Of a stretch of DNA of 53,992 nt, positions 35,036 to 45,002 are shown in pieces; position 1 is the first letter of the stretch; each line of letters begins with the position of its first letter. The stretch lies in the NCBI GenBank assembly GCA_035764775.1, contig DASTYQ010000054.1:1-53992 (forward strand), in the 5' to 3' direction. The stretch comes from Gaiellaceae bacterium (GTDB taxonomy: Bacteria > Actinomycetota > Thermoleophilia > Gaiellales > Gaiellaceae). Below the pieces are notes generated by a model. That model ran no database searches and was not told the DNA's origin. It saw only the letters and a program-made list of their open reading frames with translations. The position numbers and the translations under genes are program-made.

Positions 35036-36322
35036 GTGGCGAGCCTGCCTGAAGCGCTTGCCCATGCCCAGCTCGAGTGGGACACGCCGCTCTACCGCAT
35101 GGCGGTAGCGCAGTTCGATCAGGCCGTCCCGGTCGCCGACATCCCGGACGACGTCGCCGAGCGGCTGCGCTTCCCCGAGCGCTCGACCATCGTCTCGATC
35201 CCGGTCCGGATGGACGACGGGCGGCGTGTCGTCTTTCCCGGATACCGGGTCCAGCATTCGAGCATCACGGGGCCGACAAAAGGTGGGATCCGGTACGACC
35301 CCGAGGTGACGCTCGGCGAGTGTGCGGCGCTCGCGATGTGGATGACGTGGAAGTGCTCGCTCCTCCGCCTCCCGTACGGCGGCGCCAAGGGCGGCGTGCG
35401 CTGCGAGCCACGTGCGATGTCGCCGGGGGAGCTCGAGCGTCTCACGCGTCGCTTCACCTCCGAGCTCCTTCCGATCATCGGCCCCAAGGAGGACATCCCG
35501 GCGCCGGACATGGCCACGAACGAGCAGACGATGGCCTGGATGATGGACACGTACTCGATGCAGAGCGGCTACGCCGTGCCCGAGATCGTGACGGGGAAGC
35601 CGATCTCGATCGGCGGCTCCGTGTTCCGGCAGGAGGCGACCGGCGCCGGAGTGGTGATGGTCATCGCGCGCGCGTGCGACCGCCTCGGCTGGACGCTCGC
35701 CGACCAGCGCTGTGTCGTGCAGGGGTTCGGGAACGTCGGAGGGGTGGCGGCTACGGAGCTCCACGCGCTCGGGGCGACAGTGATCGCGATCTCGGATGTC
35801 TCCGGCGGCCTTCGGTCCTCGGCCGGCCTCGACGTCCCCGCACTGCATGCGTACGTCCGCGACCACGGATCGCTCGAGGGCTGCGAGGCGGGGGATCGCC
35901 TCACGAACGACGAGCTGCTCGAGCTCGAGTGCGACATCCTCGTGCTCGCGGCGCGCGAGGATCAGATCACGGAGGCGAACGCTCCGCGGGTACGTGCGCG
36001 GATGATCGCGGAGGGCGCGAACGGCCCGACCTCCCTCGAAGCCGACGCCGTGCTCTGGGATCGCGGGATCCCCGTGCTCCCCGACGTGCTGACGAACGCA
36101 GGCGGCGTCACCGTCTCGTACTTCGAGTGGGTTCAGGATCTTGGTCGGCTGTTCTGGACGCGCGACGAGATTCGAGCCAAGCTCGCCGAAAAGCTGTCCA
36201 CCGCGTTCGACCGCGTGTGGGATCTGGCCGAGGACCGCAAGGTGCCGCTGCGTACGGGCGCGCTCGTAGCAGGCATCCGCGAGGTGTCGGACGCGCTTCA
36301 GGCGCGGGGAATCTTTCCGTGA
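35036..36322 (+). CDS. gdhA: Glutamate dehydrogenase (Glu/Leu/Phe/Val dehydrogenase family)
   Basis: KGGIRY...LPYGGAKGGV...VQGFGNVGG. Confidence 0.93.
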   Translation: MASLPEALAHAQLEWDTPLYRMAVAQFDQAVPVADIPDDVAERLRFPERSTIVSIPVRMDDGRRVVFPGYRVQHSSITGPTKGGIRYDPEVTLGECAALAMWMTWKCSLLRLPYGGAKGGVRCEPRAMSPGELERLTRRFTSELLPIIGPKEDIPAPDMATNEQTMAWMMDTYSMQSGYAVPEIVTGKPISIGGSVFRQEATGAGVVMVIARACDRLGWTLADQRCVVQGFGNVGGVAATELHALGATVIAISDVSGGLRSSAGLDVPALHAYVRDHGSLEGCEAGDRLTNDELLELECDILVLAAREDQITEANAPRVRARMIAEGANGPTSLEADAVLWDRGIPVLPDVLTNAGGVTVSYFEWVQDLGRLFWTRDEIRAKLAEKLSTAFDRVWDLAEDRKVPLRTGALVAGIREVSDALQARGIFP

Positions 36323-36360
36323 ACACCTCTCGCCGTCCGCTCGACGTCACACCACTCCAC

Positions 36361-36389
36361 GTTCACGGGCGAGGTTCTCGCCCGTGAAC
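36361..36389. terminator. 29-bp perfect inverted repeat (13-bp stem, 3-nt loop) between gdh and the CBS gene; the right arm contains the CBS GTG start
   Basis: GTTCACGGGCGAG-gtt-CTCGCCCGTGAAC. Confidence 0.45.
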
Positions 36390-36791
36390 ACGGTCCGCGA
36401 CGCGATGGTGTCGAACCCCGGGCAGCTTCCCGCAGATGCTTCCGCCCAGGCTGCCGGCGAGTTCCTCCAGCGGACCGAGGTGCGCGCTGTCTACGTCACG
36501 GACGAGGAGAAGCTCGTCGGCGTCGTGACGCGGAAGACGCTCGTGCGCGAGGTTGTCGCGAACGGGCTCGATCCCATGACGACCGAGCTCGGTGCGATCG
36601 CGGAGACGCCGGACTTCACCATCGGCCCAGACGTTCCGCTCGAGGCCGCGTTCCGCTTCCTCGAGGCGGAGGACGCCGAGCGTGTCCCCGTGGTCGACGA
36701 GCACCATCGGCTCATCGGCGTGCTCTCGCGGAGCGTGCTCCAGAGACGGCTCGCCGAGGACGAGGACGAGCCGCTTCCGCCAGCCGCCTAG
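36384..36791 (+). CDS. CBS domain pair protein
   Basis: MNTVRDAMVSNPGQL...LVGVVTRKTLVREV...LIGVLSRSVL. Confidence 0.85.
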   Translation: MNTVRDAMVSNPGQLPADASAQAAGEFLQRTEVRAVYVTDEEKLVGVVTRKTLVREVVANGLDPMTTELGAIAETPDFTIGPDVPLEAAFRFLEAEDAERVPVVDEHHRLIGVLSRSVLQRRLAEDEDEPLPPAA

Positions 36792-37732
36792 CAGCAGGTG
36801 TACGCGCCGGGAGGTGCCGTGCCCTCCTCGTGTCCCGGCAGCTCGGCGGCAGCGAGCGCCGCTCCGTGCAGCACGTCCCGCTCCGAGACCTCGATCTCTG
36901 CGAGGTGGTACGCCGTCATCACCTCTCGCAGGACCACGATGCCGGCGACGATGACGGGGGCGCGACCCGGCTCGATGCCCGTCACTGCGAGCCGTCCCTC
37001 GGTCGTGAGGGCTGCGAGCCGCGCGAGCTGCGCCTCGACCGAGGCCAGCGGGATCCGGTGGCCGTGCGTACGAGCGGGGTCGTACTCGGCGTCGCCGAGG
37101 TCGACGGTTGCGAGCGTCGTGATCGTTCCGGCGACGCCGATCGCGTGCGTCGCCTCGAGCCCGGGGAGAAGCGAACGGACGTAGGTTCCGGCCGCTTCCA
37201 GCTCGGGGCGCGACGGCGGGTCCGACGAGAGAAACCGTTCCGTCACTCGCACGCAGCCAACGTCGAGGCTGACGGCCGAGGCGACCGCTCCGTCGCGGGC
37301 GACCACGAGCTCGGTCGACCCGCCGCCGATGTCGACGACGAGGACGTCGTCGAGGGGCGACCGGCCGGCGGTGACGCCGCGGATCATCATCCTCGCCTCC
37401 TCCTCGCCCGACAGGAGGCGGGTCGTGAAGCCGTAGCTCCACTCGATCTCACCGAGAAACGCTTCGCCGTTTTCGGCGTCTCTCACGGACGACGTAGCGA
37501 TGCACAAGGTCCGCTCCGCGCCGAGCGCTTCGAGCTCGCGGCGGTAGTCGGCGAGGCAGTTGCGCAGACGTGCGACCGGCCCGGGGAGCAGGCGCCGCCG
37601 TTCGTCGACGCCCTCGCCGAGTCGCGTGATCGTCAACCGACGCACGACCTCGTCGAGCTCGCCGCCTTCCACGTCCGCGACGAGGAGCCGGGTCGAGTTC
37701 GTCCCGAGATCGACGGCTGCGACGCGGATCAT
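36788..37732 (-). CDS. ppx: Ppx/GppA family phosphatase
   Basis: MIRVAAVDLGTNSTRLLVADV...ATSSVRDAENG...DIGGGSTE. Confidence 0.9.
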   Translation of the reverse strand: MIRVAAVDLGTNSTRLLVADVEGGELDEVVRRLTITRLGEGVDERRRLLPGPVARLRNCLADYRRELEALGAERTLCIATSSVRDAENGEAFLGEIEWSYGFTTRLLSGEEEARMMIRGVTAGRSPLDDVLVVDIGGGSTELVVARDGAVASAVSLDVGCVRVTERFLSSDPPSRPELEAAGTYVRSLLPGLEATHAIGVAGTITTLATVDLGDAEYDPARTHGHRIPLASVEAQLARLAALTTEGRLAVTGIEPGRAPVIVAGIVVLREVMTAYHLAEIEVSERDVLHGAALAAAELPGHEEGTAPPGAYTCC

Positions 37733-38043
37733 CGTGTGGGGAGGAACACGCGAAGCCAGCGCGTGCTTCGACGCGCACCCTCCAGCGAGCCGAGGAGTAC
37801 CTGGAGCTGCGCTCGTGAGACCCGAAGGCGGCCGGTCGCCGCCTGCAGGTCGGCCTGTGCGCGCTCGGCCTCCGCGAGGAGCTCCTCCGTTCGGGCGCTG
37901 CGCTCCTCGAAGAGCGCGAGCTCGGTGCTGATCGCCTTCCCGGTCCGCTTGCCCTGCTTCCAGAGCGCGACGCCGCGGATGACCACGACGAAGAGGCCGA
38001 CGACGACGAGCACGAGCCCGACCAGGAATGCCGTGAGGATCAC
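37729..38043 (-). CDS. Single-pass membrane protein with a coiled-coil-like tail (104 aa)
   Basis: ILTAFLVGLVLVVVGLFVVVI followed by EERSARTEELLAEAERAQADLQAA. Stop overlaps the ppx start (ATGA). The architecture resembles FtsB/DivIC-type proteins but cannot be assigned. Confidence 0.6.
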   Translation of the reverse strand: MILTAFLVGLVLVVVGLFVVVIRGVALWKQGKRTGKAISTELALFEERSARTEELLAEAERAQADLQAATGRLRVSRAQLQVLLGSLEGARRSTRWLRVFLPTR

Positions 38044-38051
38044 TCGTGCGG

Positions 38052-38057
38052 AGTCTA
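38052..38057 (-). promoter_or_regulatory. Candidate -10 box TAGACT, 8 nt upstream of GTG 38043; includes the DUF853 stop codon
   Basis: Minus strand reads TAGACT-ccgcacga-GTG. Confidence 0.35.
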
Positions 38058-39590
38058 GAGACCCTTCTTCAGCATTCCGAAGACGCCGCGCACGACGTCG
38101 CGAGTCAGTGCGCGCCCGCTCGACGACTGCAGGAAGTCGCCGACGGCGTCCGCGCCCTTGCCGACGGCTGACCCGGCCTTCTTCTGCCGCTCCGTCGGCC
38201 GCGCCGGCGGCGGGTCGCCGGGAGCAGGCGGATCAAGCCGGCCCGCGAGCATCTCGCGCGCGCTCTGGCTGTCGAGTCGCGTGCCGTACTTCCCGAACAG
38301 CGGGCTTTCCTGCGCGGCCGCGGCGACGTCGTCTGCGGGGCCCATGCGCGAGAGCGGAGCCCGCATGCGCGTGTGCACGACCGGAGTCGGCACACCCGAC
38401 TCGCTGAGGATCGTCACCGCCGCCTCGCCTGTTCCGAGCTGTGTGAGGAGCTCCTCCAGGTCGTAGACATCGGACTTGGGGAAGGTCCGTACCGTCGCCC
38501 GCAGCGCCTTGGCGTCGTCCGGCGTGAACGCCCGCAGCGCGTGCTGTACGCGGTTCCCGAGTTGTCCGAGCACGTCGGCCGGCACGTCCTTCGGGGTCTG
38601 CGTCACGAAGAAGACGCCGACGCCCTTGGAGCGGATGAGCCTGACGGTCTGCACGACGGACTCGACGAACGCCTTGCTCGCACCCTCGAACAGCAGGTGC
38701 GCCTCGTCGAGGAAGAACACGAGGCGCGGCTTGTCGCGGTCGCCCACCTCGGGCAGCTGCTCGAAGAGCTCGGCGACGAGCCACATGAGGACTGTCGACC
38801 AGAGCCGCGGCTTGTCCTGCACGGCGGGTAGCTCGAGGCAGGAGACGACGCCGCGTCCGTCGGGGGCCGTGCGCAGGAGATCCGCGACGTCCAGCTGCGG
38901 CTCTCCGAAGAACTCGGTACCTCCGCCCGTCTCCAGGCCGACGAGCGAGCGCAGGAGCACGCCGACGGTCTGCGGCGAGAGGCCGCCGATGCCCCTGAGC
39001 TCGCTTCGGCCGGCATCCGAGTCGAGGAAGGTCAGGAGCGCCCGGAGATCGGACAGGTCGAGGAGTGGAAGCCCCTTCTCGTCGGCGTAGTGGAACACGA
39101 GCCCGAGGCTCTGCTCCTGCGTCGCGTTCGACCCGAGCACCTTCGCGAGGAGGAGCGGGCCGAAGTCCGAAACGCTCGCGCGCGCTGGGACTCCCGGCCC
39201 GATCCCGCCGAGGGAGAGGTACTCGACCGGAAAGCCGGTCGGCGTGAAGGGCAGGCCGAGCTCGCCGGCGCGCTTCTTCGCCGGGCCGTCGGTCGATCCG
39301 GGCACCGCCATCCCGGAGACGTCGCCCTTCACGTCGGCCGCGAAGACAGCGACGCCGGCGGCGGACAATTGCTCCGCGATCAGCTGCAACGTCCGTGTCT
39401 TGCCCGTTCCGGTCGCGCCCGCGATCAGGCCGTGGCGGTTCATCGTCGCCAGAGGCAGCCTGACGGTCGCCTCGGGCACAAGCGCGTCGGCGAGCTTCCC
39501 CGTCCCGAGCTCGACTGCGCCGCCCTTCGTCGCGTAGGCCGCGGCGATCGCGGCACCGAAAGTCGCAGCGTCCGGAGGCGTCCGCGCCAT
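38055..39590 (-). CDS. DUF853 (YjgR-like) HerA/FtsK-superfamily P-loop ATPase
   Basis: By eye it aligns along its whole length with E. coli YjgR: [80 protein letters not shown]. Confidence 0.9.
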   Translation of the reverse strand: MARTPPDAATFGAAIAAAYATKGGAVELGTGKLADALVPEATVRLPLATMNRHGLIAGATGTGKTRTLQLIAEQLSAAGVAVFAADVKGDVSGMAVPGSTDGPAKKRAGELGLPFTPTGFPVEYLSLGGIGPGVPARASVSDFGPLLLAKVLGSNATQEQSLGLVFHYADEKGLPLLDLSDLRALLTFLDSDAGRSELRGIGGLSPQTVGVLLRSLVGLETGGGTEFFGEPQLDVADLLRTAPDGRGVVSCLELPAVQDKPRLWSTVLMWLVAELFEQLPEVGDRDKPRLVFFLDEAHLLFEGASKAFVESVVQTVRLIRSKGVGVFFVTQTPKDVPADVLGQLGNRVQHALRAFTPDDAKALRATVRTFPKSDVYDLEELLTQLGTGEAAVTILSESGVPTPVVHTRMRAPLSRMGPADDVAAAAQESPLFGKYGTRLDSQSAREMLAGRLDPPAPGDPPPARPTERQKKAGSAVGKGADAVGDFLQSSSGRALTRDVVRGVFGMLKKGL

Positions 39591-39598
39591 GGCGCGCG

Positions 39599-39604
39599 AT
39601 CGTA
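39599..39604 (-). promoter_or_regulatory. Candidate -10 box TACGAT, 8 nt upstream of ATG 39590 of the DUF853 gene (leaderless)
   Basis: Minus strand reads TACGAT-cgcgcgcc-ATG. Confidence 0.4.
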
Positions 39605-39667
39605 TCAGTGCACTCTCCGGATCCCGTTTGTGCGGCTAGTGGATCCGAGATATCTCATTTCAGGTGT

Positions 39668-39696
39668 TTGACGGCAAAAAATTGGGCATATAGGAT
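39668..39696 (+). promoter_or_regulatory. Candidate promoter TTGACG-N17-TAGGAT for aceA-aceB
   Basis: Lies in the most AT-rich spacer of the window. Leader of about 37 nt with GGGAGG SD before ATG 39740. Confidence 0.4.
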
Positions 39697-39739
39697 CCAA
39701 TCCACAACCAAACTGCACACAATCGAGCGGGAGGTAGAC

Positions 39740-40996
39740 ATGGCATCGCGTGAGACGAACGGGCGCTGGGACGGTGTCGCGCGGCCATACGGCGCGGACC
39801 AAGTGGAGCGGATCCGCGGGCGCTTCCGGATCGAGCACACGCTCGCCCGCCTTGGTGCCGAGCGGCTGTGGCGGCTTCTCCACTCCGAGGACTACGTCGC
39901 CGCGCTCGGCGCGCTCACCGGAGCGCAGGCCGTGCAGATGGTGAAGGCCGGTCTCAAGGCGATCTACCTCTCCGGCTGGCAGGTGGCAGCCGACGCGAAC
40001 CTCGCTGGCCACACGTACCCGGACCAGTCTCTCTATCCCGCCAACAGCGCTCCCGCGCTCGTTAAGCGCATCAACAGTGCGCTCCTCCGCGCCGATCAGG
40101 TCGACTCGGCGGAGGGGCGGAACGGCACCTACTGGCTCGCGCCGATCGTCGCCGACGCCGAGGCCGGCTTCGGTGGGCCGCTCAACGCGTTCGAGCTCAT
40201 GAAGTCGTTCATCGAGGCGGGCGCGGCGGGCGTGCACTTCGAGGACCAGCTCTCGTCGGAGAAGAAGTGCGGCCACCTCGGGGGCAAGGTGCTCGTCCCC
40301 ACGAGCCAGTTCGTCCGCACGCTTGTCTCGGCGCGGCTCGCCGCCGACGTGCTCGACGTGCCGACGGTGCTCGTCGCGCGAACGGACGCTCTGTCCGCGA
40401 CCCTGCTCACGAGCGACGTCGACGAGTGCGACCGTGCGTTCATCACCGGAGAGCGCACTTCCGAAGGCTTCTTCCGGATCACATCCGGCATCGATGCTCC
40501 GATCGCGCGTGCTCTCGCCTATGCCCCCTACGCGGACGTTCTCTGGTGCGAGACCTCGACTCCCGACCTCGACGAGGCTGCGCAGTTCGCGGAGGCCGTC
40601 CACGCGAAGTTTCCCGGGAAGCTCCTCGCATACAACTGCTCGCCTTCCTTCAACTGGCGCAAGCACCTCGACGACAGGACGATCGCGACCTTCCAGCGTG
40701 AGCTCGCCGCGATGGGCTACCGCTTCCAGTTCGTGACCCTGGCCGGCTTCCACGCCGTCTGCAACTCGATGTTCGAGCTCGCTCGCGGCTACGCGGCCGA
40801 GGGAATGAGCGCCTACGTGCAGCTCCAGGAGGCCGAGTTCGCGAACGAGGAGTTCGGCTACACGGCGACGAGGCACCAGCGCGAGGTCGGCGCCGGCTAC
40901 TTCGACGCCGTGCTCGAGGCGGTCACCGGCGGCGAGAGCTCGACGCTCGCGCTCAAGGGCTCGACCGAGGAGGCCCAGTTCGAGGTGGCCCTGTAG
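39740..40996 (+). CDS. aceA: Isocitrate lyase
   Basis: Catalytic motif KKCGHLGGK, plus [29 protein letters not shown] 39608-40996 trimmed to ATG 39740. Confidence 0.95.
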   Translation: MASRETNGRWDGVARPYGADQVERIRGRFRIEHTLARLGAERLWRLLHSEDYVAALGALTGAQAVQMVKAGLKAIYLSGWQVAADANLAGHTYPDQSLYPANSAPALVKRINSALLRADQVDSAEGRNGTYWLAPIVADAEAGFGGPLNAFELMKSFIEAGAAGVHFEDQLSSEKKCGHLGGKVLVPTSQFVRTLVSARLAADVLDVPTVLVARTDALSATLLTSDVDECDRAFITGERTSEGFFRITSGIDAPIARALAYAPYADVLWCETSTPDLDEAAQFAEAVHAKFPGKLLAYNCSPSFNWRKHLDDRTIATFQRELAAMGYRFQFVTLAGFHAVCNSMFELARGYAAEGMSAYVQLQEAEFANEEFGYTATRHQREVGAGYFDAVLEAVTGGESSTLALKGSTEEAQFEVAL

Positions 40997-40997
40997 C

Positions 40998-42572
40998 GTG
41001 ACGGACATCGCGACGGCTGCCGTCAACGCACCGGACGAGGCGGGCGTCCTCTCTCGCGAGGCCCTCGACCTCGTCGTCGCCCTGCAGCGCGAGTTCGCGG
41101 GGCGAAGAGAGGAGCTGCTGCTCGCGCGCGCGGAGCGACAGGAGCGGATCGCCGCGGGTGAGCTCCCCGACTTCCTCGAGTCGACCCGTTCCGTGCGCGA
41201 GGGCGACTGGCGCGTCGCGCCGGCGCCGGCGGACCTCCAGGACCGCCGTGTCGAGATCACCGGCCCGGCTGGCGACCGGAAGATGGTCATCAACGCGTTC
41301 AACTCGGGGGCGCGCATGTACATGGCGGACTTCGAGGACGCGAACTCGCCCACCTGGGAGAACGTCGTCGGCGGGCAGCAGAACCTCACGGACGCAATCG
41401 ACCGGACGATCTCGCTCGAGCAGGGCGAGAAGCGTTACGCGCTGAACGACGACGTCGCGGTGCTCCTCGTGCGGCCGCGCGGCTGGCACCTCCAGGAGCG
41501 CCACGTCGAGGTCGACGGCAAGCACGTCTCCGCCGGTCTCTTCGACTTCGGCGTCTACCTCCACCGCAATTGGGAGCGCCTGCTCGAGCGCGGGACCGGG
41601 CCGTACTTCTACCTCCCGAAACTCGAGAGCCACCTCGAGGCGCGGCTCTGGAACGACGTCTTCTGCTTTGCCCAGGACCAGCTCGGGATCCCTCGAGGGA
41701 CGATCAAGGCGACCGTTCTCATCGAAACCATCCTCGCGGCGTTCGAGATGGACGAGATCCTCTACGAGCTCCGCGACCATTCCGCCGGACTCAACGCGGG
41801 GCGTTGGGACTACATCTTCTCCGTCATCAAGAAGTTCCGCGACCGGCCGGACTTCGTTCTCCCCGACCGCGCGCAGGTGACGATGACGGTCCCGTTCATG
41901 CGCGCCTACACGGAGCTGCTCGTGCGCACGTGTCACGGGCGTGGCGCACATGCCATCGGCGGCATGGCGGCATTCATTCCGAGTCGCCGAGATCCCGAGG
42001 TCAACGAGATCGCCCTGGCGCGCGTCCGCGAGGACAAGCAGCGCGAGTCGGGGGACGGCTTCGACGGGACGTGGGTCGCGCACCCCGACCTCGTTCCGGT
42101 CGCGATGGCCGAGTTCGATGCGAGGCTCGGCGAGCGACCGAACCAGCTCGAGCGCCTTCGCGAGGATGTCGTGACGCAGGCGGCGGATCTCCTGGACGTC
42201 GCGGCGACGCCGGGCGAGATCACCGAGGCCGGCGTGCGCGCGAACGTCTCGGTCGGGATCCGCTACATCGCCGCGTGGCTCCAGGGCGTCGGCGCGGCGG
42301 CGATCGACAACCTGATGGAGGACGCTGCGACCGCGGAGATCTCGCGCTCCCAGATCTGGCAGTGGATCCGCCACGGGCGAGTCGCACGGGCCGACGTGGA
42401 GCGGATCATCGACGAGGTCATGGCAGAGCTGCCCGACGAGCAGGTCTATCGTGACGCTCGTGAGGTCTTCGAGAGGGTCGCGACGCACGAGGTCTTCGTC
42501 GACTTCCTGACGCTCACGGCGTACGCGCAGCTGCTTGGCCATCCGGCGCACGAGGCGGGCCGCAATGTCTGA
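40998..42572 (+). CDS. aceB: Malate synthase A
   Basis: 524 aa with [37 protein letters not shown]. Confidence 0.95.
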   Translation: MTDIATAAVNAPDEAGVLSREALDLVVALQREFAGRREELLLARAERQERIAAGELPDFLESTRSVREGDWRVAPAPADLQDRRVEITGPAGDRKMVINAFNSGARMYMADFEDANSPTWENVVGGQQNLTDAIDRTISLEQGEKRYALNDDVAVLLVRPRGWHLQERHVEVDGKHVSAGLFDFGVYLHRNWERLLERGTGPYFYLPKLESHLEARLWNDVFCFAQDQLGIPRGTIKATVLIETILAAFEMDEILYELRDHSAGLNAGRWDYIFSVIKKFRDRPDFVLPDRAQVTMTVPFMRAYTELLVRTCHGRGAHAIGGMAAFIPSRRDPEVNEIALARVREDKQRESGDGFDGTWVAHPDLVPVAMAEFDARLGERPNQLERLREDVVTQAADLLDVAATPGEITEAGVRANVSVGIRYIAAWLQGVGAAAIDNLMEDAATAEISRSQIWQWIRHGRVARADVERIIDEVMAELPDEQVYRDAREVFERVATHEVFVDFLTLTAYAQLLGHPAHEAGRNV

Positions 42573-43290
42573 CGGGACGAAGGCCGACGACATCGCCCTC
42601 GCGCTCGAGGAAGCGATCGTGTCGGGCGAGATTCCGCCCGGCAGCACGCTCCGACAGGAGCACCTCTCCGAGCAGTTCCAGGTCAGCCGGACGCCGGTCC
42701 GCGAGGCGCTCCGCCGGCTCGCGGCGTTGGGCCTCGTCACCTTCGAGCCGAACCGCGGCGTCCGCGTGCGGATGCTCTCCCGCGACGAGATCCGTGAGGC
42801 ATTCATGGTGCGGGCCGAGCTCGAGAGCCTCGCGACCGAGATCGCGACGCCGAAGATGACCGAGGAGGATCTCGCTGAGCTCGAGCGGGCGGAGCGGAGG
42901 TTCCACCGCGCGACCGAGCGGCTCGTGGAGATGAGTCACGAGGGGCGGCAGGATCTCGAGATCGCGCGCGAGTGGCTCCATCTCAACCACTCGTTCCACG
43001 ACGTCATCTACCGGGTCGCCGACGTTCCCCTCGTCGAGCGGATGGCAAAGGCCGCGCGGCGTACGTTTCTCGTGAAGCCGGTGTGGGCAACCGGGGCGGA
43101 CCTCGACGAGCTCTACCTGAAGAACGACCGGCAGCATCGCGCGATCCGCGATGCGATGGCCGCCCGCAGCCCCGACGGCGCGAGGGTGCTCGCACGCGAG
43201 CACGTGCTCTCGTCGGGTCGTCTGCTCGAGGCGATTCTCGACAAGGTGTCCGCACAGTCGCGCGAGACCTCGTCCGCGGGCCGCCGCTAG
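42565..43290 (+). CDS. GntR family regulator with an FCD domain
   Basis: [29 protein letters not shown] 42565 overlaps the aceB end by 8 nt. Confidence 0.88.
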   Translation: MSDGTKADDIALALEEAIVSGEIPPGSTLRQEHLSEQFQVSRTPVREALRRLAALGLVTFEPNRGVRVRMLSRDEIREAFMVRAELESLATEIATPKMTEEDLAELERAERRFHRATERLVEMSHEGRQDLEIAREWLHLNHSFHDVIYRVADVPLVERMAKAARRTFLVKPVWATGADLDELYLKNDRQHRAIRDAMAARSPDGARVLAREHVLSSGRLLEAILDKVSAQSRETSSAGRR

Positions 43291-43299
43291 TCGCGCGGC

Positions 43300-43923
43300 A
43301 TGCCGCTCCAGAACCGCGTCACGCCCTTCGGCGAGCTCGTTGCGCACCCCGCACGCGGGCTCGTGTACGGGAATCGCGGTTGCCTGCACGACGACGCCGG
43401 ACGGATTCGACGCCAGTGGGCGGTTCGACGCTGGATCTCGTGCCGGCTCGAGTTCCGCGGCTGGCACCGAAGTCCGCTCCTCCAGCCGGGACAGTTCACC
43501 GAGCTGTTCTTCCTGGACGAGGCGACCGCGTTTGCGGCGGGCCACCGCCCGTGTGCGCTGTGCCGCCGCGAGGACTACGCCCGCTTCGGTGACGTCTGGA
43601 GGCGGTGCCACGCCGGTTGCGTCGGCGCGGACGCGATCGATCTGGAGCTCCACTTCGAGCGCGTGGATCCTCGGACGCGCGACCGGCGCCTGCATCGGGT
43701 CGCGCTCGACAGCGTTCCCGACGGCGCCTTTGTCGTCGAGGACGGGACGGCGTGGCTCGTCCACGGCTCGGCGCTCCTGCGGTGGACGCCGGCGGGCTAC
43801 TCGGAGCGCCGGCGGCGAGCGTCGGGGACGACTTTGCTGCTCACGCCGCCGTCGGTGCTCGACGTACTCCGTGCAGGGTGGGAGCCCGCCGTTCCCTTCC
43901 TGCACCCGAGCGCCGGCTCCTAG
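43300..43923 (+). CDS. Hypothetical protein with an Ada-like AAGxRPCxxC motif
   Basis: 207 aa with FFLDEATAFAAGHRPCALCRRED. No other recognisable domain. Confidence 0.6.
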   Translation: MPLQNRVTPFGELVAHPARGLVYGNRGCLHDDAGRIRRQWAVRRWISCRLEFRGWHRSPLLQPGQFTELFFLDEATAFAAGHRPCALCRREDYARFGDVWRRCHAGCVGADAIDLELHFERVDPRTRDRRLHRVALDSVPDGAFVVEDGTAWLVHGSALLRWTPAGYSERRRRASGTTLLLTPPSVLDVLRAGWEPAVPFLHPSAGS

Positions 43924-45002
43924 CGCGCGAGCGTCACCTTCGAGAGGCCTCGCGGAGTGTCGGGGTCGAGGCCGCGCGCGCGGGCGAGCGCCCACGCGAA
44001 GAGCTGGCCGGGAAGGATCGAGAGCAATGGTGAGAGCAGCGGGGAGGACGTCGCCGGGCTCGGGAGGACGTACTGCGCATGGGGCACGGACTCGGCCGCC
44101 GAGCCGCTTGCGACGACGGTCGCGCCCGCCTCGTGGGCGCGTTCGACCGCTTCGATCACTGCCGGAAGGGTCGCGTCGTCGGACGCGATCGCCCACACGG
44201 GGAACAGCGAGTCGAGCGCCGCGACCGGACCGTGCGCGAGGTCGGTCGCCGTCAACGGCTCGGCCGCGATCCGGCACGTCTCGAGTAGCTTGAGCGCGAT
44301 CTCGCGTGCGGTCGCGAACTCGGCGCCGCGGCCGACGACGAACATGCGGCCGGCGTAGGCGAACGGGACAGCGATGCTGCCGATACGCCCCTCGAGCGAC
44401 CGCGTGAGCAGAGGCGCGTCTGCCGCGACCGATCGGAGGTCGTCGGCGAACGCACCTCCGCGATCCGCGCCGTGCGCGGCGAGGAGGCCGAGAGCTGCGA
44501 CCTGGTTCGAATACGTCTTCGTGGCGGCGACGGCGTGCTCGGCTCCCGCGCGGAGCTCGAGAACAGCGTCGGACTCGCGGGCGAGATCCGATGTTGGGTC
44601 GTTCGTCACGGCGACCACGTAGGCGCCGCGCCGGCGGGCGCGCCGTGCGTACTCGACGACGTCCGGTGTTCGGCCGGACTGCGAGAGCGCGAGCGCGGTG
44701 CATCCCGACATGTCGAGCTCGGCCCCGTAGTAGACGGTCAGCGAGATCGAGTCGCGCAGTGCCGTCCAGCCGGGCAGGAGCCCGAACGCGTAGACGCCGT
44801 ACGACGCCGCGTTGTCGGAGGAGCCGTGACCGACCATGCGGATCGTGGTCGCGCCTCGGCGACGCATCTCGTCGGCGACGGAGGCGAAGGCATCCTGACG
44901 CTCGAGCAGGCGGATGAGGGCTTGAGGTTGCTCGCGGATCTCGTCGAGGAACCGCGACCCCGGCTCGTGCGGGAGTGCTTTGGCGGGCTCAGCCGACGAC
45001 AC
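43920..45002 (-). CDS. SIS-domain sugar-phosphate isomerase/deaminase (GlmS-C-terminal-like; probably a NagB-II type GlcN-6-P deaminase)
   Basis: RMVGHGSSDNAA...LALSQSGRTPDV...AVAATKTY, plus its position downstream of murQ-nagA. Confidence 0.85.
   Translation of the reverse strand: MSSAEPAKALPHEPGSRFLDEIREQPQALIRLLERQDAFASVADEMRRRGATTIRMVGHGSSDNAASYGVYAFGLLPGWTALRDSISLTVYYGAELDMSGCTALALSQSGRTPDVVEYARRARRRGAYVVAVTNDPTSDLARESDAVLELRAGAEHAVAATKTYSNQVAALGLLAAHGADRGGAFADDLRSVAADAPLLTRSLEGRIGSIAVPFAYAGRMFVVGRGAEFATAREIALKLLETCRIAAEPLTATDLAHGPVAALDSLFPVWAIASDDATLPAVIEAVERAHEAGATVVASGSAAESVPHAQYVLPSPATSSPLLSPLLSILPGQLFAWALARARGLDPDTPRGLSKVTLAR

Noticed and set aside
39605-44703. Antisense or out-of-frame ORFs of 594, 617 and 729 aa across aceA, aceB, gntR and the SIS gene
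   Set aside because: Same reasoning: they overlap genes with unmistakable catalytic motifs (KKCGHLGGK and others), and their products are Arg-rich nonsense.
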